This document shows positions 49,209 through 59,216 of a stretch of DNA of 64,000 bases, one piece after another. Below the pieces are notes generated by a model that did not search any database, was not told where the DNA came from, and worked only from the letters and a program-made list of their open reading frames with translations. Position 1 is the stretch's first letter, and each line of letters starts with the position of its first letter. The position numbers were made by a program, and so were the translations under genes. Source of the stretch: Candidatus Hydrogenedentota bacterium (GTDB lineage: Bacteria > Hydrogenedentota > Hydrogenedentia > Hydrogenedentales > SLHB01). The stretch spans positions 160,001-224,000 of the forward strand of contig CAVUWV010000008.1 in assembly GCA_963745075.1 (NCBI GenBank). The letters run 5' to 3'.

Positions 49209-51534
49209 TCAACTCCCTTCAAATCGTTGTTCAAAATGCCCGTCCGTCACCGCAAACTCGTGCGTCTTGAGCACCACGCGGCCGGTTCCCTCGTCCAGTT
49301 CCACAGCCACAACCTGCGCACCATCACCCGACGACTCGACGCTGACCTCCACCGGCGCTTGGTCCGGCGTGTCGAGGATCTCAATCACCGTGAGAAACTC
49401 CCGCGTCTTCGCCTTCTCCCGGCAATCCGCCGTAAGGTGCCATTCGTTGAGCCTGAAGTGTGCCCAGTCCGCCGGCGGCGGATCGAACTGATCCGTCTGG
49501 CTCAGTACTAGCCCCCGCGGTTCGAGGAACCGCACGCGCACGTTTCCCGGATCGCCGGACCAGGTAACTTCGTTTTCGCCGAGTTCGAAGGGACCGGCGC
49601 CGTGGAGATTCCACTGAAACGTGGATGGTTCCGGCGCTTCAAGCAGGTCGTGTATCACGATAAGGTTCGGCTTGAAGAAAACAATGCGCCGCGTCCATCG
49701 GTCGAGGTTCTTGTAAGATGCGCCCGCTTCGCCCGCGACCACGTCGACCGTGCCCGACGTGGCAAAGGCGGTGATCCGGCCTGTGGCCGAAGCGCTGTGT
49801 TTCATTTCCCCCTCGCCGTTCACCAGGATCGCGTTGTCGGAGCGGCTGTCCCACATCCAATTCTGGTGATGGGGACTGCCGTAAACGTCGCGCTTCCCCG
49901 TACGCAGGAACACGCGCTGCCCGTTCAGGTGCAGGAGGAACGCGTTGTTGGCGTTGTACCCGTGGCTCTGCCGGCCCATGGGACTGCTTTTGAAAATGAG
50001 CTGGTGATTCGTCGTACCATCGAGCAAGTTCGTATTCAGCACCGCCACATCCGTGCCGTGGAAACAGGTCGACGATGGGTGGTCCGTGGGCGGTTTCGCT
50101 TCGAGGTCTTGCGCGTGGGCCGCGGCGAGAAAACCCACATAACCGCCGCCGATGTCCGCGCCCGCGGCATCGGCATACCATTTCCAGTACGGGTTGCGCG
50201 CCCCCGCGGCGAATGTCGCCATCAACGGTCCGATACTCCGCGACGTCATGGGCGGTGCCTGGTCGCCGAACCCGCCCGTCTTGGTGCCGGGCGGCAACAT
50301 GTACATGCCGTAGTCGCCCACGCGTTGGAAGAAGGGCCGCTCGAACACGTCGATGCCAAATGCCCCGCGCATCGCCTGGGCCCAGTACATGAACCGGCCC
50401 ATGTAGCTCGACCAGTACGCAACGCCCTCGTGCCAGCCTCCGTCCGAATCGCTCCACACCGGGTAGGCGGTGTAGAAAACCGTCATGGCGAAATCGAGCC
50501 AGCGGTCCGCCTCGGGGATGTCGCCCTGGAACGCGATGGCCACCTCGCCCAGGAAATGCCAGGCCCGATTGCTGTGACTCGAATAGGGCCGCCAGAGGTG
50601 GTTGCCGTGAAGATGCCTAAAGCACTGCCCGCCGCGAGTCCGCATCATCTCGATCATCGCGTTTCGGTCGGCTTCGGACAACGCCGGATACGCCCAGTCG
50701 TACGCGCGGGACGTCATGTATAAGAGCGGCATGGCGGCTTCGTCGTTGTAGCGATACTGCGTCGAGCCTTCTGGGTCCCACGTGGTCAGGGCCACCAGCA
50801 AGTCGCGCGCGCCCTTCGCGTACTTCTCGTCAGCCACTGAGCCGATAGACAAAACCCAACGTGGCGGCGCTGTCCGCTACGGCGATGGCGCGGCGCCGGT
50901 TTCCCCACCAGATCTTCTTCCATTCCGCGCCACGGGGTTCGATGTCCTTCGGGTACTTGGGCGGTTCGGAAGTATCCGGTGGGTTTTCCAGCAGTTTGTC
51001 CGCCTGATCGACCAGCGATTGCCACCGATCGTTGAGGGGTCCGTCGGCCAGTGCCTGGAGATGCCCGATATCTTCCGGCCGGAAGAACAGGCGCGGATGA
51101 CCGTCGGGCATGCGCTTCAACAGCTCCGGCAACGCCGGCTGCGGAAATGCCACGGCATCCACCGGAACCGAGAAGGAACGCACCGTGCTCCACGCCGTTT
51201 CGCTGCCCGAATCCGCCACGCCGCGATACCGCCAGTAATACGGGCCGGGCTTCAACAACGCATCGGTACGATATGCGCTCCAGGGAATTCCGGTCTGTTC
51301 GCGGACGACGTGCGCGAACGCCTCGTCGGTCGCGATTTGGACGGTGTAGATGCGAATCCCGTCCGTCGGCCGCCACGAAAATCCGGGCGGATTTACCGGG
51401 GTCGTCTCGCCGTCCCCCGGCCGGTACCCCCAGTCGCCGGGTCCGGCGGGCGCCTGGTTGAGATCAAGCGCCGAGCAGGGCCAAACCATCAACAGCGCCA
51501 TATAGACCAGCCAAGAGTTTCTCGGCAGCAACAT
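49209..51534 (-). CDS. DUF4962 plus heparinase II/III-like polysaccharide lyase, with apparent +1 frameshift at 50832
   Basis: Signal peptide; NPPGFSW, YYWRY, HPRLF, DGGWHEGVAYW, FGD, SH..AN.F, NAILVNG. Removing A50832 gives YRLSGDEKYA. Confidence 0.85.
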
Positions 51535-51682
51535 TGTTTCGCGCGACAGAACAGAACGTGCCATTCGCTGTAACCCTCCAACAGCAACGGTACATCATAT
51601 TAGCGGGATCGCATCTGACGTTCCAACGAGAGACCGGCTCGTTCGACTTACCGGTCTGGCACAAGAACGTAGCCGCCGAACA

Positions 51683-51720
51683 AAGGGGGGACGAAACGCC
51701 AATGCGTTTCGCCCCCCCTT
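51683..51720 (-). terminator. Intrinsic terminator after pilin-like gene 1
   Basis: AAGGGGGG-a-CGAAACGC/GCGTTTCG-c-CCCCCCTT stem; TTTGTT on the minus strand. Confidence 0.7.
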
Positions 51721-51740
51721 CAACGGGATTTGGAAAATAC

Positions 51741-52706
51741 TTAGCTCGACACAAACAATCCGATTATGAGCGCCTTTGTTTTCGAGAATGGGTACTCTGA
51801 CGGATACTTGATGAACTTGACATGACCATCCATGTACAAACAATTTCCGCCACCGGGAACGTGGTTGAATTCTTTGGTAATTCCCTGCGACGATACCGTG
51901 TCGTAAGCCACGACGATCTCGGTTTGGGCCTTGTTCGAAGCAGCCGGGTTATTGATATCCGTGATAAAGAACCGCTCGATTCCTTCCCGCGTTCGAAGAA
52001 CCTGGTACGGTTCGATTGCTGCACTACCCAGTTCGGTCAGGATATCGGTTTCCGATTCCGGCTGGGTTGAGTATGTCACTTTGTAACTGTCGTAATCGGT
52101 GTCATTATTCTTGAAATTGCCCAGATCCGGCATGAACCCTCCAAGGCCGAGACCCGAGACTATCGCTTGAATGTCGGAATCGCCGGTCCAGATATACGCG
52201 CCGAGCGCCGTCAAGATATTAAAGTCAGTGTCGCTACTACTGGCCCACCCGCTATACTCGTAGCAGATGGCCGGGAAACGCGGCAGGACAGAACCGTCGG
52301 CACACGTACGATGCAAACTACCGTTCTCCAGAACAGAACCCGCACTGAACGCGTCAACCCCCTCGGTATCCGACGGGCACGCCATGACGCCGAAGCCGGT
52401 CAGGTACTCTGGGTAGACGCTTGGCCCGTCCCACATGGGATACAATGCGCCATCGCAGCCCGCTTTTTCCGTCGGGCTAGGCGCGCATTCACATTTGCCG
52501 TTACCCTGGGGTGGGAACTTCTCTCCCGGACTCTCATTGGAGTACATCTTACATACAAGTCCAATTTGCTTGAGATTGTTCTGGCAACTCGCACGGCGTG
52601 CAGCCTCCCGTGCACGGGCGAGGGCGGGTAATAAGATTGCGGCCAGGATACCAATGATCGCAATAACTACGAGTAATTCGATTAACGTAAAACCACGTTT
52701 CTTCAT
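51741..52706 (-). CDS. Prepilin-type N-terminal cleavage/methylation plus H-X9-DG (DUF1559-like) protein 1
   Basis: [39 protein letters not shown]. Confidence 0.95.
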   Translation of the reverse strand: MKKRGFTLIELLVVIAIIGILAAILLPALARAREAARRASCQNNLKQIGLVCKMYSNESPGEKFPPQGNGKCECAPSPTEKAGCDGALYPMWDGPSVYPEYLTGFGVMACPSDTEGVDAFSAGSVLENGSLHRTCADGSVLPRFPAICYEYSGWASSSDTDFNILTALGAYIWTGDSDIQAIVSGLGLGGFMPDLGNFKNNDTDYDSYKVTYSTQPESETDILTELGSAAIEPYQVLRTREGIERFFITDINNPAASNKAQTEIVVAYDTVSSQGITKEFNHVPGGGNCLYMDGHVKFIKYPSEYPFSKTKALIIGLFVSS

Positions 52707-53010
52707 GGTATTTCTTGCTCCTCGATGGTTAAGTTATTCGTCATGGTTTACTGATTACTGCGGTTCTTCTTACCCAAACGATGAATGCATTGAACCGTAA
52801 GAAAATCCACCTCCTTTCGTAGAAAAGTCGTACGGACGATAAGATCACGTATGGGATGATCGCGGCCCTCGAACCCCACACGTTAGCTTGTTGTGCGTCT
52901 TCCCGACGGAACGACCGCCCCGGATTCCCTTAATCGCGTTCCCCTATCTTAAATGCGAGTCGCGCTTGAGAACGGTTTAGTCACGTCGTTGCAACCCTAT
53001 CCTATGTGTT

Positions 53011-53039
53011 ACTTTACACGCATTATTCGGTTCTGGCAA
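53011..53039 (-). promoter_or_regulatory. sigma70 promoter of pilin-like gene 1
   Basis: TTGCCA-N17-TAAAGT with an A-rich UP-like tract. Confidence 0.7.
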
Positions 53040-53147
53040 CCCTTTTTTCGTTTGCCCAGCAATCGTTGAGGGCCGCACGAGAACCGGGCGTGTAGTGCGG
53101 CAAACGGGAAACTGCCGCAGGGTGATCTATTATTGGCCGCGCGCAGC

Positions 53148-53187
53148 AAAAAAATGCAGCAGCAGGCGGTTACCCGCCTGCTGCTGC
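53148..53187 (-). terminator. Intrinsic terminator after pilin-like gene 2
   Basis: Perfect 14-bp stem GCAGCAGCAGGCGG/CCGCCTGCTGCTGC plus T7 on the minus strand. Confidence 0.9.
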
Positions 53188-53219
53188 TTCCTAACCAATC
53201 TCAGGATGCTGACAGGTGG

Positions 53220-54215
53220 CTACAGCGACTGCAAAATCGCCATCTGCGCGTTGACGGGCCACTTAGCAGGATACTTGATAAAGCTCACGTGCCCGTCCAT
53301 GTACAACACGTTACTGCCACCGGGTTGGTGGTTGAACTCCTGGCCTAGGTCCGAGCTGACCCAGTCGTCCATGATCCAGATCTCGCTCTGGCCCTTGGCC
53401 GATCCGGCGGGATTGTTGATATCGGTGATCATGAATCGCTCGATACCTTCCCGAAGCCGCAACACCTTGTAGTTCTCCGACAAGGCCGGGTAGCCGGCTT
53501 CGCCGAGCCAGTGGTTGACATCCAGGTCGCCGTCCAGGGCGCTTTGCGGTTCGAGATTATTGGATACGTACGTGCCGACGGTGGTAATCGCAACAAGCGA
53601 GGCCACCAGTGGATAGTTGCCCGCTTGCAGGGCCGCCGCATTGGCGTCCGGGTCCGGCGTCGTCCAGCTCGGGTCATCCGGAAGGTCGGTGACGCCTGCC
53701 TTGTACAGGGCCCATCCAACATACAGGTAGCTACACGTACCGTTCCACGGCTCACAAGGGAAGAATTGACCTTTGTAGTTGGGCGCCAGTCCCGTTCCAC
53801 CCGCGTTGTTAATGACGATCGTCGGCGGGTCACTGAGATCCCCACCTGCAATCCGCTCCTCGATTTCGCTATAAACATCGGGGACACTGTTCCCGGTCGT
53901 TGCGGAAGGGCACAGGGAGATGGCCGGGTCCGTCAAATACTCGGGATAGACTTGCATGAAGTTCGGAATGAACTCCGCATCATTATGTTCCCCGGGCACG
54001 CATCTCCACTCCTGTTGCCGCGGGTACAATTCGCCCTTGGACTCGTTGGAATACATCTTGTAGACGAGACCCCATTGTTTCAGGTTATTCTGACAGCTTG
54101 CACGGCGTGCAGCTTCGCGTGCACGGGCGAGCGCCGGGAGCAGAATCGCTGCCAGAATGCCGATGATGGCAATCACCACCAGTAACTCAATTAGTGTAAA
54201 TCCACGTTTCTTCAT
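53220..54215 (-). CDS. Prepilin-type N-terminal cleavage/methylation plus H-X9-DG (DUF1559-like) protein 2
   Basis: First 47 aa identical to protein 1; [17 protein letters not shown]. Confidence 0.95.
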   Translation of the reverse strand: MKKRGFTLIELLVVIAIIGILAAILLPALARAREAARRASCQNNLKQWGLVYKMYSNESKGELYPRQQEWRCVPGEHNDAEFIPNFMQVYPEYLTDPAISLCPSATTGNSVPDVYSEIEERIAGGDLSDPPTIVINNAGGTGLAPNYKGQFFPCEPWNGTCSYLYVGWALYKAGVTDLPDDPSWTTPDPDANAAALQAGNYPLVASLVAITTVGTYVSNNLEPQSALDGDLDVNHWLGEAGYPALSENYKVLRLREGIERFMITDINNPAGSAKGQSEIWIMDDWVSSDLGQEFNHQPGGSNVLYMDGHVSFIKYPAKWPVNAQMAILQSL

Positions 54216-54397
54216 CGTAATTCGCGCTCCTCAATCCTCTAAATGCGTGTCGTTTGAGAAATGAATTATTACACGACTATCGGGAATAATGATTGGGATA
54301 TGGGTTGCCCGCCTGCACCACCTCCCTTCCTCGTCCGGATGGGAATACCACGGTCGCACTGACGAACTCGGATCCCCTCGAATCCGATTACCCCGTC

Positions 54398-54415
54398 ACC
54401 GACAACGTTGTCGGT
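54398..54415. promoter_or_regulatory. Perfect 18-bp palindrome, LacI-family-operator-like
   Basis: ACCGACAACGTTGTCGGT. Confidence 0.5.
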
Positions 54416-54520
54416 AACGTCTTATGTCGTAAGAGTTTAACCGTGGGACCCGAAATCACGACACCCTCGAATAAATTCTGCACCGATATTACCTAATCCT
54501 GTGCAGCGACTCCTCGTTAT

Positions 54521-54549
54521 AGTGTACAGGCAATCGTGGAATCTGGCAA
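54521..54549 (-). promoter_or_regulatory. sigma70 promoter of pilin-like gene 2
   Basis: TTGCCA-N17-TACACT. Confidence 0.7.
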
Positions 54550-54586
54550 GTCTATTTTGACAAGGACTGGGCCGGCCAGGAGTTTC

Positions 54587-54615
54587 TTGACACGGATTCC
54601 AGCGCCGAGTAGGAT
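54587..54615 (+). promoter_or_regulatory. sigma70 promoter of the MBL hydrolase
   Basis: TTGACA-N17-TAGGAT. Confidence 0.7.
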
Positions 54616-54741
54616 CGCGAAGTATCGTGTTTCTAGGGACTTGTGCATTCTGTCGGTGACCAACGTGCGGTTTACTGGTCGCATCCGGTGCACCAAGTCC
54701 GACTCGCCCAATATTTGACCTGTCATGCTGAGGAGACCGCC

Positions 54742-55357
54742 GTGGACATTATTCCAGTGCCCATGACGCCGTTCGTGACCAATTGCTATGTCTTGCGCGA
54801 TGGAAACACCGCGCTGATCGTCGACCCCGGCGACATGACCCAGGAACTTCTGGACACCATCGACGGATACACCGTAAAGACCGTGGTCAATACGCACTGC
54901 CATTGCGACCACTGCGGCGGCAACGCGGCGGTCCTCGATCACACTGGCGCGGAATTGGTCTGCCACGAGGCGGAACTTCCTTTGCTGCACTCGCTGGAAC
55001 AACAGGGCATGATGTTTGGCGTGCCGTTTTCACCGTCGCCGGAACCGGACCGGTTCCTGAATGCGGGCGACACCGTGGAGGTGGGTGACGTGAAACTGGA
55101 TGTGCGGCTCGCGCCAGGGCATTCACCGGGCCATTTGGTCCTGGTTGGCGACGGCTTCGTGGTCAGTGGGGACGTCTTGTTTGCGGGGTCCATCGGGCGG
55201 ACGGATTTGCCCGGCGGGAATTACGCGCAATTACCTCGAGTCGATCCGCACCCAATTGCTGACCTTGCCGGACGCTACCATCGTCTACAACGGCCACGGC
55301 CCGGAGACCACTATCGGTGTCGAGCGGCGCACGAATCCGTTTTTGGAGGGACTATGA
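54742..55357 (+). CDS. MBL-fold metallohydrolase (glyoxalase II/YcbL-like), with apparent +1 frameshift at ~55234
   Basis: THCHCDH, PGHSPG, GDVLFAGSIGRTD; C-terminal GHGPETTIG.ERRTNPFL lies in the next frame. Confidence 0.9.
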
Positions 55358-55388
55358 GGTTCACTCGAACGCGGCGTTGCCGCAACCA

Positions 55389-55768
55389 AAATCGAAACCC
55401 GAAGCACGAAATCCGAAACAAATCCTAATGTTCCAAACGGGAAATGACCGAAACGCCGGCAAGTCGAACCGGAGTTCATTTCAGTGGGATGGCGCAGGCA
55501 GTTGTGCGTTCTCGTGGCTTGGGCGTCCTCGCCCAGGGTCCCTGCGCGTTGGCTGGCCATGTAACGAGACTCCTTGGGCGGGGACGCCTGCGCTACATTC
55601 GCCACACCTCGCCGATATCCCACTTTTGAATCAGACTCTAATGACCAAATACCAAAACGGGAGAGGAAGACAATGACCTTGGCATCCCATCGTTTGTCGC
55701 GGATTTCGGTCATTCTGGTTTCGGTGGCTTGTGCTGGTTTCGCGTTTCGACTTTCGCGTTTCGAATTT
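55389..55768. repeat. Compound repeat: inverted heptamer-rich arms around a GTRG-type REP doublet (55514-55596)
   Basis: AAnnCGA heptamers on the left, TTTCGnn on the right; AATGACCGAAA/TTTCGGTCATT; GTGGCTTGGGCGTCCTCGCCCAGG ... CCTTGGGCGGGGACGCCTGCGCTAC. Confidence 0.7.
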
Positions 55769-57589
55769 GGTATTGGCCACGCCGCAACAAATGCGCCGGC
55801 CATCGACGTAACGTTCGCCCCCGATCAGCCCGTCCCGTTTGTGTATGTCGACGATCCGCTCATCGTCGAGTTCGTGTCCGATTCCGATACCGGCCTGACC
55901 GGCGAAATCGAGTTCATCGGCAACGACGGCACGAAGACCCGCGTTGAAGTGCCGGAGTGCCGGCTGCGCGCACAGGGAGAATTCTGGCTTCCGCTGAACG
56001 GCGCCCCCCGCGACAAGGGGCTCTACCGGGCACACGTAACATTGGATGCCGGTGGCGCACCGGTCGAATTGGACCGGGCGTTTTGCCGGATCGAACGTCC
56101 CCGACGGGGTCCTCGTCCGTCCGTATGCGTGCGGCTGAAAACCCCGGATCGGGCGAGCCTGCTGGCTTACCGGGGGATTCCCATACGCGCCGTGGAACTT
56201 GACGCGGCGGCCCCGGATGCAACCGAATCAGCAGAGCTTGCCGAATCGCAGGATTACCGGGTGTCGCTCTCGGCTCGGCTTGCGGATTTGGGCGACGCCG
56301 AAACCACCCTCGAATCCATGGCAAAAACGTTGGGCGAACGGGCCGCCGCGTGGTCGCTGGATGCGGACGGCGACCCGGGCGCGTTCGATGCGGCGGTGAA
56401 CGCGATCCGGCGAGGGGGGTCGCGCGCGCCGATCGCGGTCACGGTGGACGACGCGGCGGCGCTCGAACCGTATCTTGCAAATGGCTCGGCGCGGAATATC
56501 GCCGCGGCGACACTGGCCGGACATGAAGCCGTTGGCGAATCACTGACGCAGGTGCACCGGGTCGCGGAAGAAGCCGGTTACGAAGGGTTTTCTGTATACG
56601 TATCCGGAGTCGGCGGGCGCGCGGATGAACCCGTTGTGCGCCAGTGGGTTGAATGCGTGGCCGCCGGCGCGCAGCGCTGCAATCTCGAACCAGCCCAGAT
56701 CTTTGCGGACGGTCAGTTCGGGCCGGCGTATGTGGAACTCAGCGCGCTGCTTCGCAACATAGACGGGAGCGCCTATGTGGGTGACATGGTACGCGATGGG
56801 ACCGTCCGGGCCGCGGTGTTTCGCGACGGTTCCCGGTGGACGATTGTCGCGTGGGCGCGAGACGAAGCCCAGACCAAGGGGTTTCCCCTTGGCGCGGCGT
56901 CAAACCTGGTGGAATCCGACGACTGCGGCAATCCGATGGAAACTCCCGCGCTGGAAGACGGAAATGTCAACCTGGCGCTCGGCGTGGAACCGCACTATCT
57001 CAGCGGCGACGGGGGAAACGTCATCGCGCTGGCCGCGCGTGCCGCCGCAAAGCGCGAAGCCGACGGCTTTCTCGGCGATGACGCGTTCCAGGACGCCCTT
57101 CCCGCAGAACTGACCGACCTGGTTAAGACCATTGCAGATTCGAAGACCGGCCGCACGGATCGGTTGAACTTTTTCGGGCTGCTGCGCATGTTTCCCTTTC
57201 TCGAGCAACAATGGCACGATGGTACGATCCCGAAGGCCGTAGCGATTCCGGCGATGGCGTCGTTGGCGCGGTTGGTGCGGTCGTTGTGTATCCTGGAACA
57301 AGAAGCGGGCGAACCGTTTATCGAGCTGTTGCAGGAAACGCTGGCGCGTTCGGGCGAATACCAATCCCAGTACCTGACCGGCACGGGGGGTGCCAAGGAC
57401 GGTCACGAACGGGCGGACTGGCTTTCCGCCGAGGTGGGCCGGCTCATGGCCGAGGCCAAAAAGCTCGCCGAACAGGACCGGGAAATCGAGGCCGTGGGGG
57501 TGGCATCTTTGGCCGAGTGGCGGGCGCGGTCGCTGGAATTTGCCGCGCGCGCCGAACCCACAACCGAACCGGAAACCACGGGGGAGTAG
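55673..57589 (+). CDS. Exported hypothetical protein (Ig-like N-domain, possible degenerate TIM barrel)
   Basis: GAGGAAG RBS; hydrophobic N-terminus; long ORF with typical codon use. Confidence 0.65.
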   Translation: MTLASHRLSRISVILVSVACAGFAFRLSRFEFGIGHAATNAPAIDVTFAPDQPVPFVYVDDPLIVEFVSDSDTGLTGEIEFIGNDGTKTRVEVPECRLRAQGEFWLPLNGAPRDKGLYRAHVTLDAGGAPVELDRAFCRIERPRRGPRPSVCVRLKTPDRASLLAYRGIPIRAVELDAAAPDATESAELAESQDYRVSLSARLADLGDAETTLESMAKTLGERAAAWSLDADGDPGAFDAAVNAIRRGGSRAPIAVTVDDAAALEPYLANGSARNIAAATLAGHEAVGESLTQVHRVAEEAGYEGFSVYVSGVGGRADEPVVRQWVECVAAGAQRCNLEPAQIFADGQFGPAYVELSALLRNIDGSAYVGDMVRDGTVRAAVFRDGSRWTIVAWARDEAQTKGFPLGAASNLVESDDCGNPMETPALEDGNVNLALGVEPHYLSGDGGNVIALAARAAAKREADGFLGDDAFQDALPAELTDLVKTIADSKTGRTDRLNFFGLLRMFPFLEQQWHDGTIPKAVAIPAMASLARLVRSLCILEQEAGEPFIELLQETLARSGEYQSQYLTGTGGAKDGHERADWLSAEVGRLMAEAKKLAEQDREIEAVGVASLAEWRARSLEFAARAEPTTEPETTGE

Positions 57590-57697
57590 TATGGACCGAC
57601 ACGGACGCACACGGACGGATGAACGCGAGTGCTGGTTTGCCCGTGTAGGTCCGTGTAAGTCTGTGTTCTTCCCGCATTAACTTGAGGGGCACGATCG

Positions 57698-58669
57698 ATG
57701 AAGCGCATTGGGGTTTTGACCAGTGGGGGCGATTCGCCGGGAATGAACGCCGCCGTGCGGGCGGTCGTCCGGACCGCCGTGTACCACGGGCTGGAAGTCT
57801 TTGGCATCGAACGAGGGTACCAGGGACTCCTCGATAACAAACTGCGCCCGCTCGGCCCGCGGTCCGTCAGCGGCATCATCAATGAAGGCGGGACCATCCT
57901 CCACACGGCCCGCTGCTTGGCCTTTTACGAACCGGAAGGGCGGGCCAAGGCCGCCGAGACCCTGAACGCCCACGGCATCGACGGGCTCGCAATCATCGGC
58001 GGCGACGGTTCCTATCGGGGCGCGCTGGCCTTGCACGCGGAACACGGCATCCGCTGTATCGGGTTACCTGGCACCATCGACAACGACATTGGCGGCACCG
58101 ACTACACCATCGGCTACGACACCGCCCTCAATACGGCCATGGAGGCCATCGACCGCATCCGCGACACGGCCCAATCCCACGACCGGCTGTTCTTCGTGGA
58201 GGTTATGGGACGGCACAGCGGCTACCTCGCCATGATGAGCGGCATCGCCGGCGGCGCCGAGGACATCCTCGTGCCGGAAACCCCGACCAACGTCAACGGG
58301 CTCACCGAACACCTTCGGAACGGCGCGAAGGCCGGTAAAGTGTCGGCGATTGTCGTCGTCGCCGAAGGAGACGAAGCCGGCAACGCCTTTGAAATCGCGA
58401 AGAAGGTGGCCGAGACATCCGAGTTCAAGGATTCCCGCGTCTCCGTCATCGGGCATTTGCAGCGCGGCGGCCGTCCCACCGCCTTCGACCGTGTCCTCGC
58501 CAGCCGTCTCGGGGTGCACGCCGTCGAGGCGCTGCTCGAGGACCAGACCGGCCAAATGGTCGGTGTCAGCGCCAACAACGTCGTGCTCCGCCCCCTTGAA
58601 GAGGCCTGGGAATGCCGCACCCAGTTCGATCCGAAGATTCTACGGGTCGCGCATATCCTGGCGACGTAA
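57698..58669 (+). CDS. pfkA: ATP-dependent 6-phosphofructokinase
   Basis: LTSGGDSPGMNAA, GGDGS, PGTIDND, EVMGR, GHLQRGG. Confidence 0.98.
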   Translation: MKRIGVLTSGGDSPGMNAAVRAVVRTAVYHGLEVFGIERGYQGLLDNKLRPLGPRSVSGIINEGGTILHTARCLAFYEPEGRAKAAETLNAHGIDGLAIIGGDGSYRGALALHAEHGIRCIGLPGTIDNDIGGTDYTIGYDTALNTAMEAIDRIRDTAQSHDRLFFVEVMGRHSGYLAMMSGIAGGAEDILVPETPTNVNGLTEHLRNGAKAGKVSAIVVVAEGDEAGNAFEIAKKVAETSEFKDSRVSVIGHLQRGGRPTAFDRVLASRLGVHAVEALLEDQTGQMVGVSANNVVLRPLEEAWECRTQFDPKILRVAHILAT

Positions 58670-58690
58670 CAGGGTTGTACCAAAGCGAAA

Positions 58691-58909
58691 TTACTCGAAT
58701 TCCGAGCGATTGACACCCGATTGGCGAATGATCGACTGAAGTGTGCCGATTCGAAGCTCTTTATGGTCCGGAACGGGAACCGTGACGGTAGTTTCGCACA
58801 AGTGTCTCTACATCACGATATGGCTGCCGCGCCGTCTGACCTCTTCGAATCCATGGGCAGCCAGTATTTCGCAGACCTCTTTCCCTGACAAAACGCGCAG
58901 TTTACCCAA
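58691..58909 (-). pseudogene. hicA: HicA-family mRNA interferase with in-frame TAG at codon 34
   Basis: MGKLRVLSGKEVCEILAAHGFEEVRRRGSHIVM*RHLCETTVTVPVPDHKELRIGTLQSIIRQSG; TTG start overlaps the hicB stop. Confidence 0.88.
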
Positions 58910-59123
58910 CGACGATGTCCACTTGGGTTACATAGACTTCGCTCTGCAGGCGGGACTCAATTTCTTTCGGCGTAGCAGTTTCAAAAAAGAGTTCCAAGGC
59001 TTCCTTCAGATTAGACCGTGCTTCCTCGATTGAGTCTCCCTGACTGGCAACATCAACCTCCGGACAGAGTGCGACGTACCCGTTACCCTCACGTTCGATA
59101 ATGGCAGTCAGTTGCCGGTTCAT
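58902..59123 (-). CDS. hicB: HicB family antitoxin (short form)
   Basis: AGGAG RBS; YVALCPEVDVASQGDSIEEARSNLKEALELF. Confidence 0.93.
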   Translation of the reverse strand: MNRQLTAIIEREGNGYVALCPEVDVASQGDSIEEARSNLKEALELFFETATPKEIESRLQSEVYVTQVDIVVG

Positions 59124-59216
59124 GGGCTGGCTCCTACTTGAAAGCGTGTCTAATGCTTGTGAGTTCACAGTATAACACGGAACGAGTCGGCTGGCTCGAC
59201 AGAGTGGATTCGGCGA

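Noticed and set aside
48599..49511. ORFs with internal mirrored peptides (KTTAGGGCAT, AQPPPAVVFR)
   Set aside because: These are translations of the REP inverted repeats.
54635..54700. Hairpin in the MBL hydrolase leader as a possible riboswitch
   Set aside because: A single imperfect stem with no recognisable aptamer motif or expression platform.
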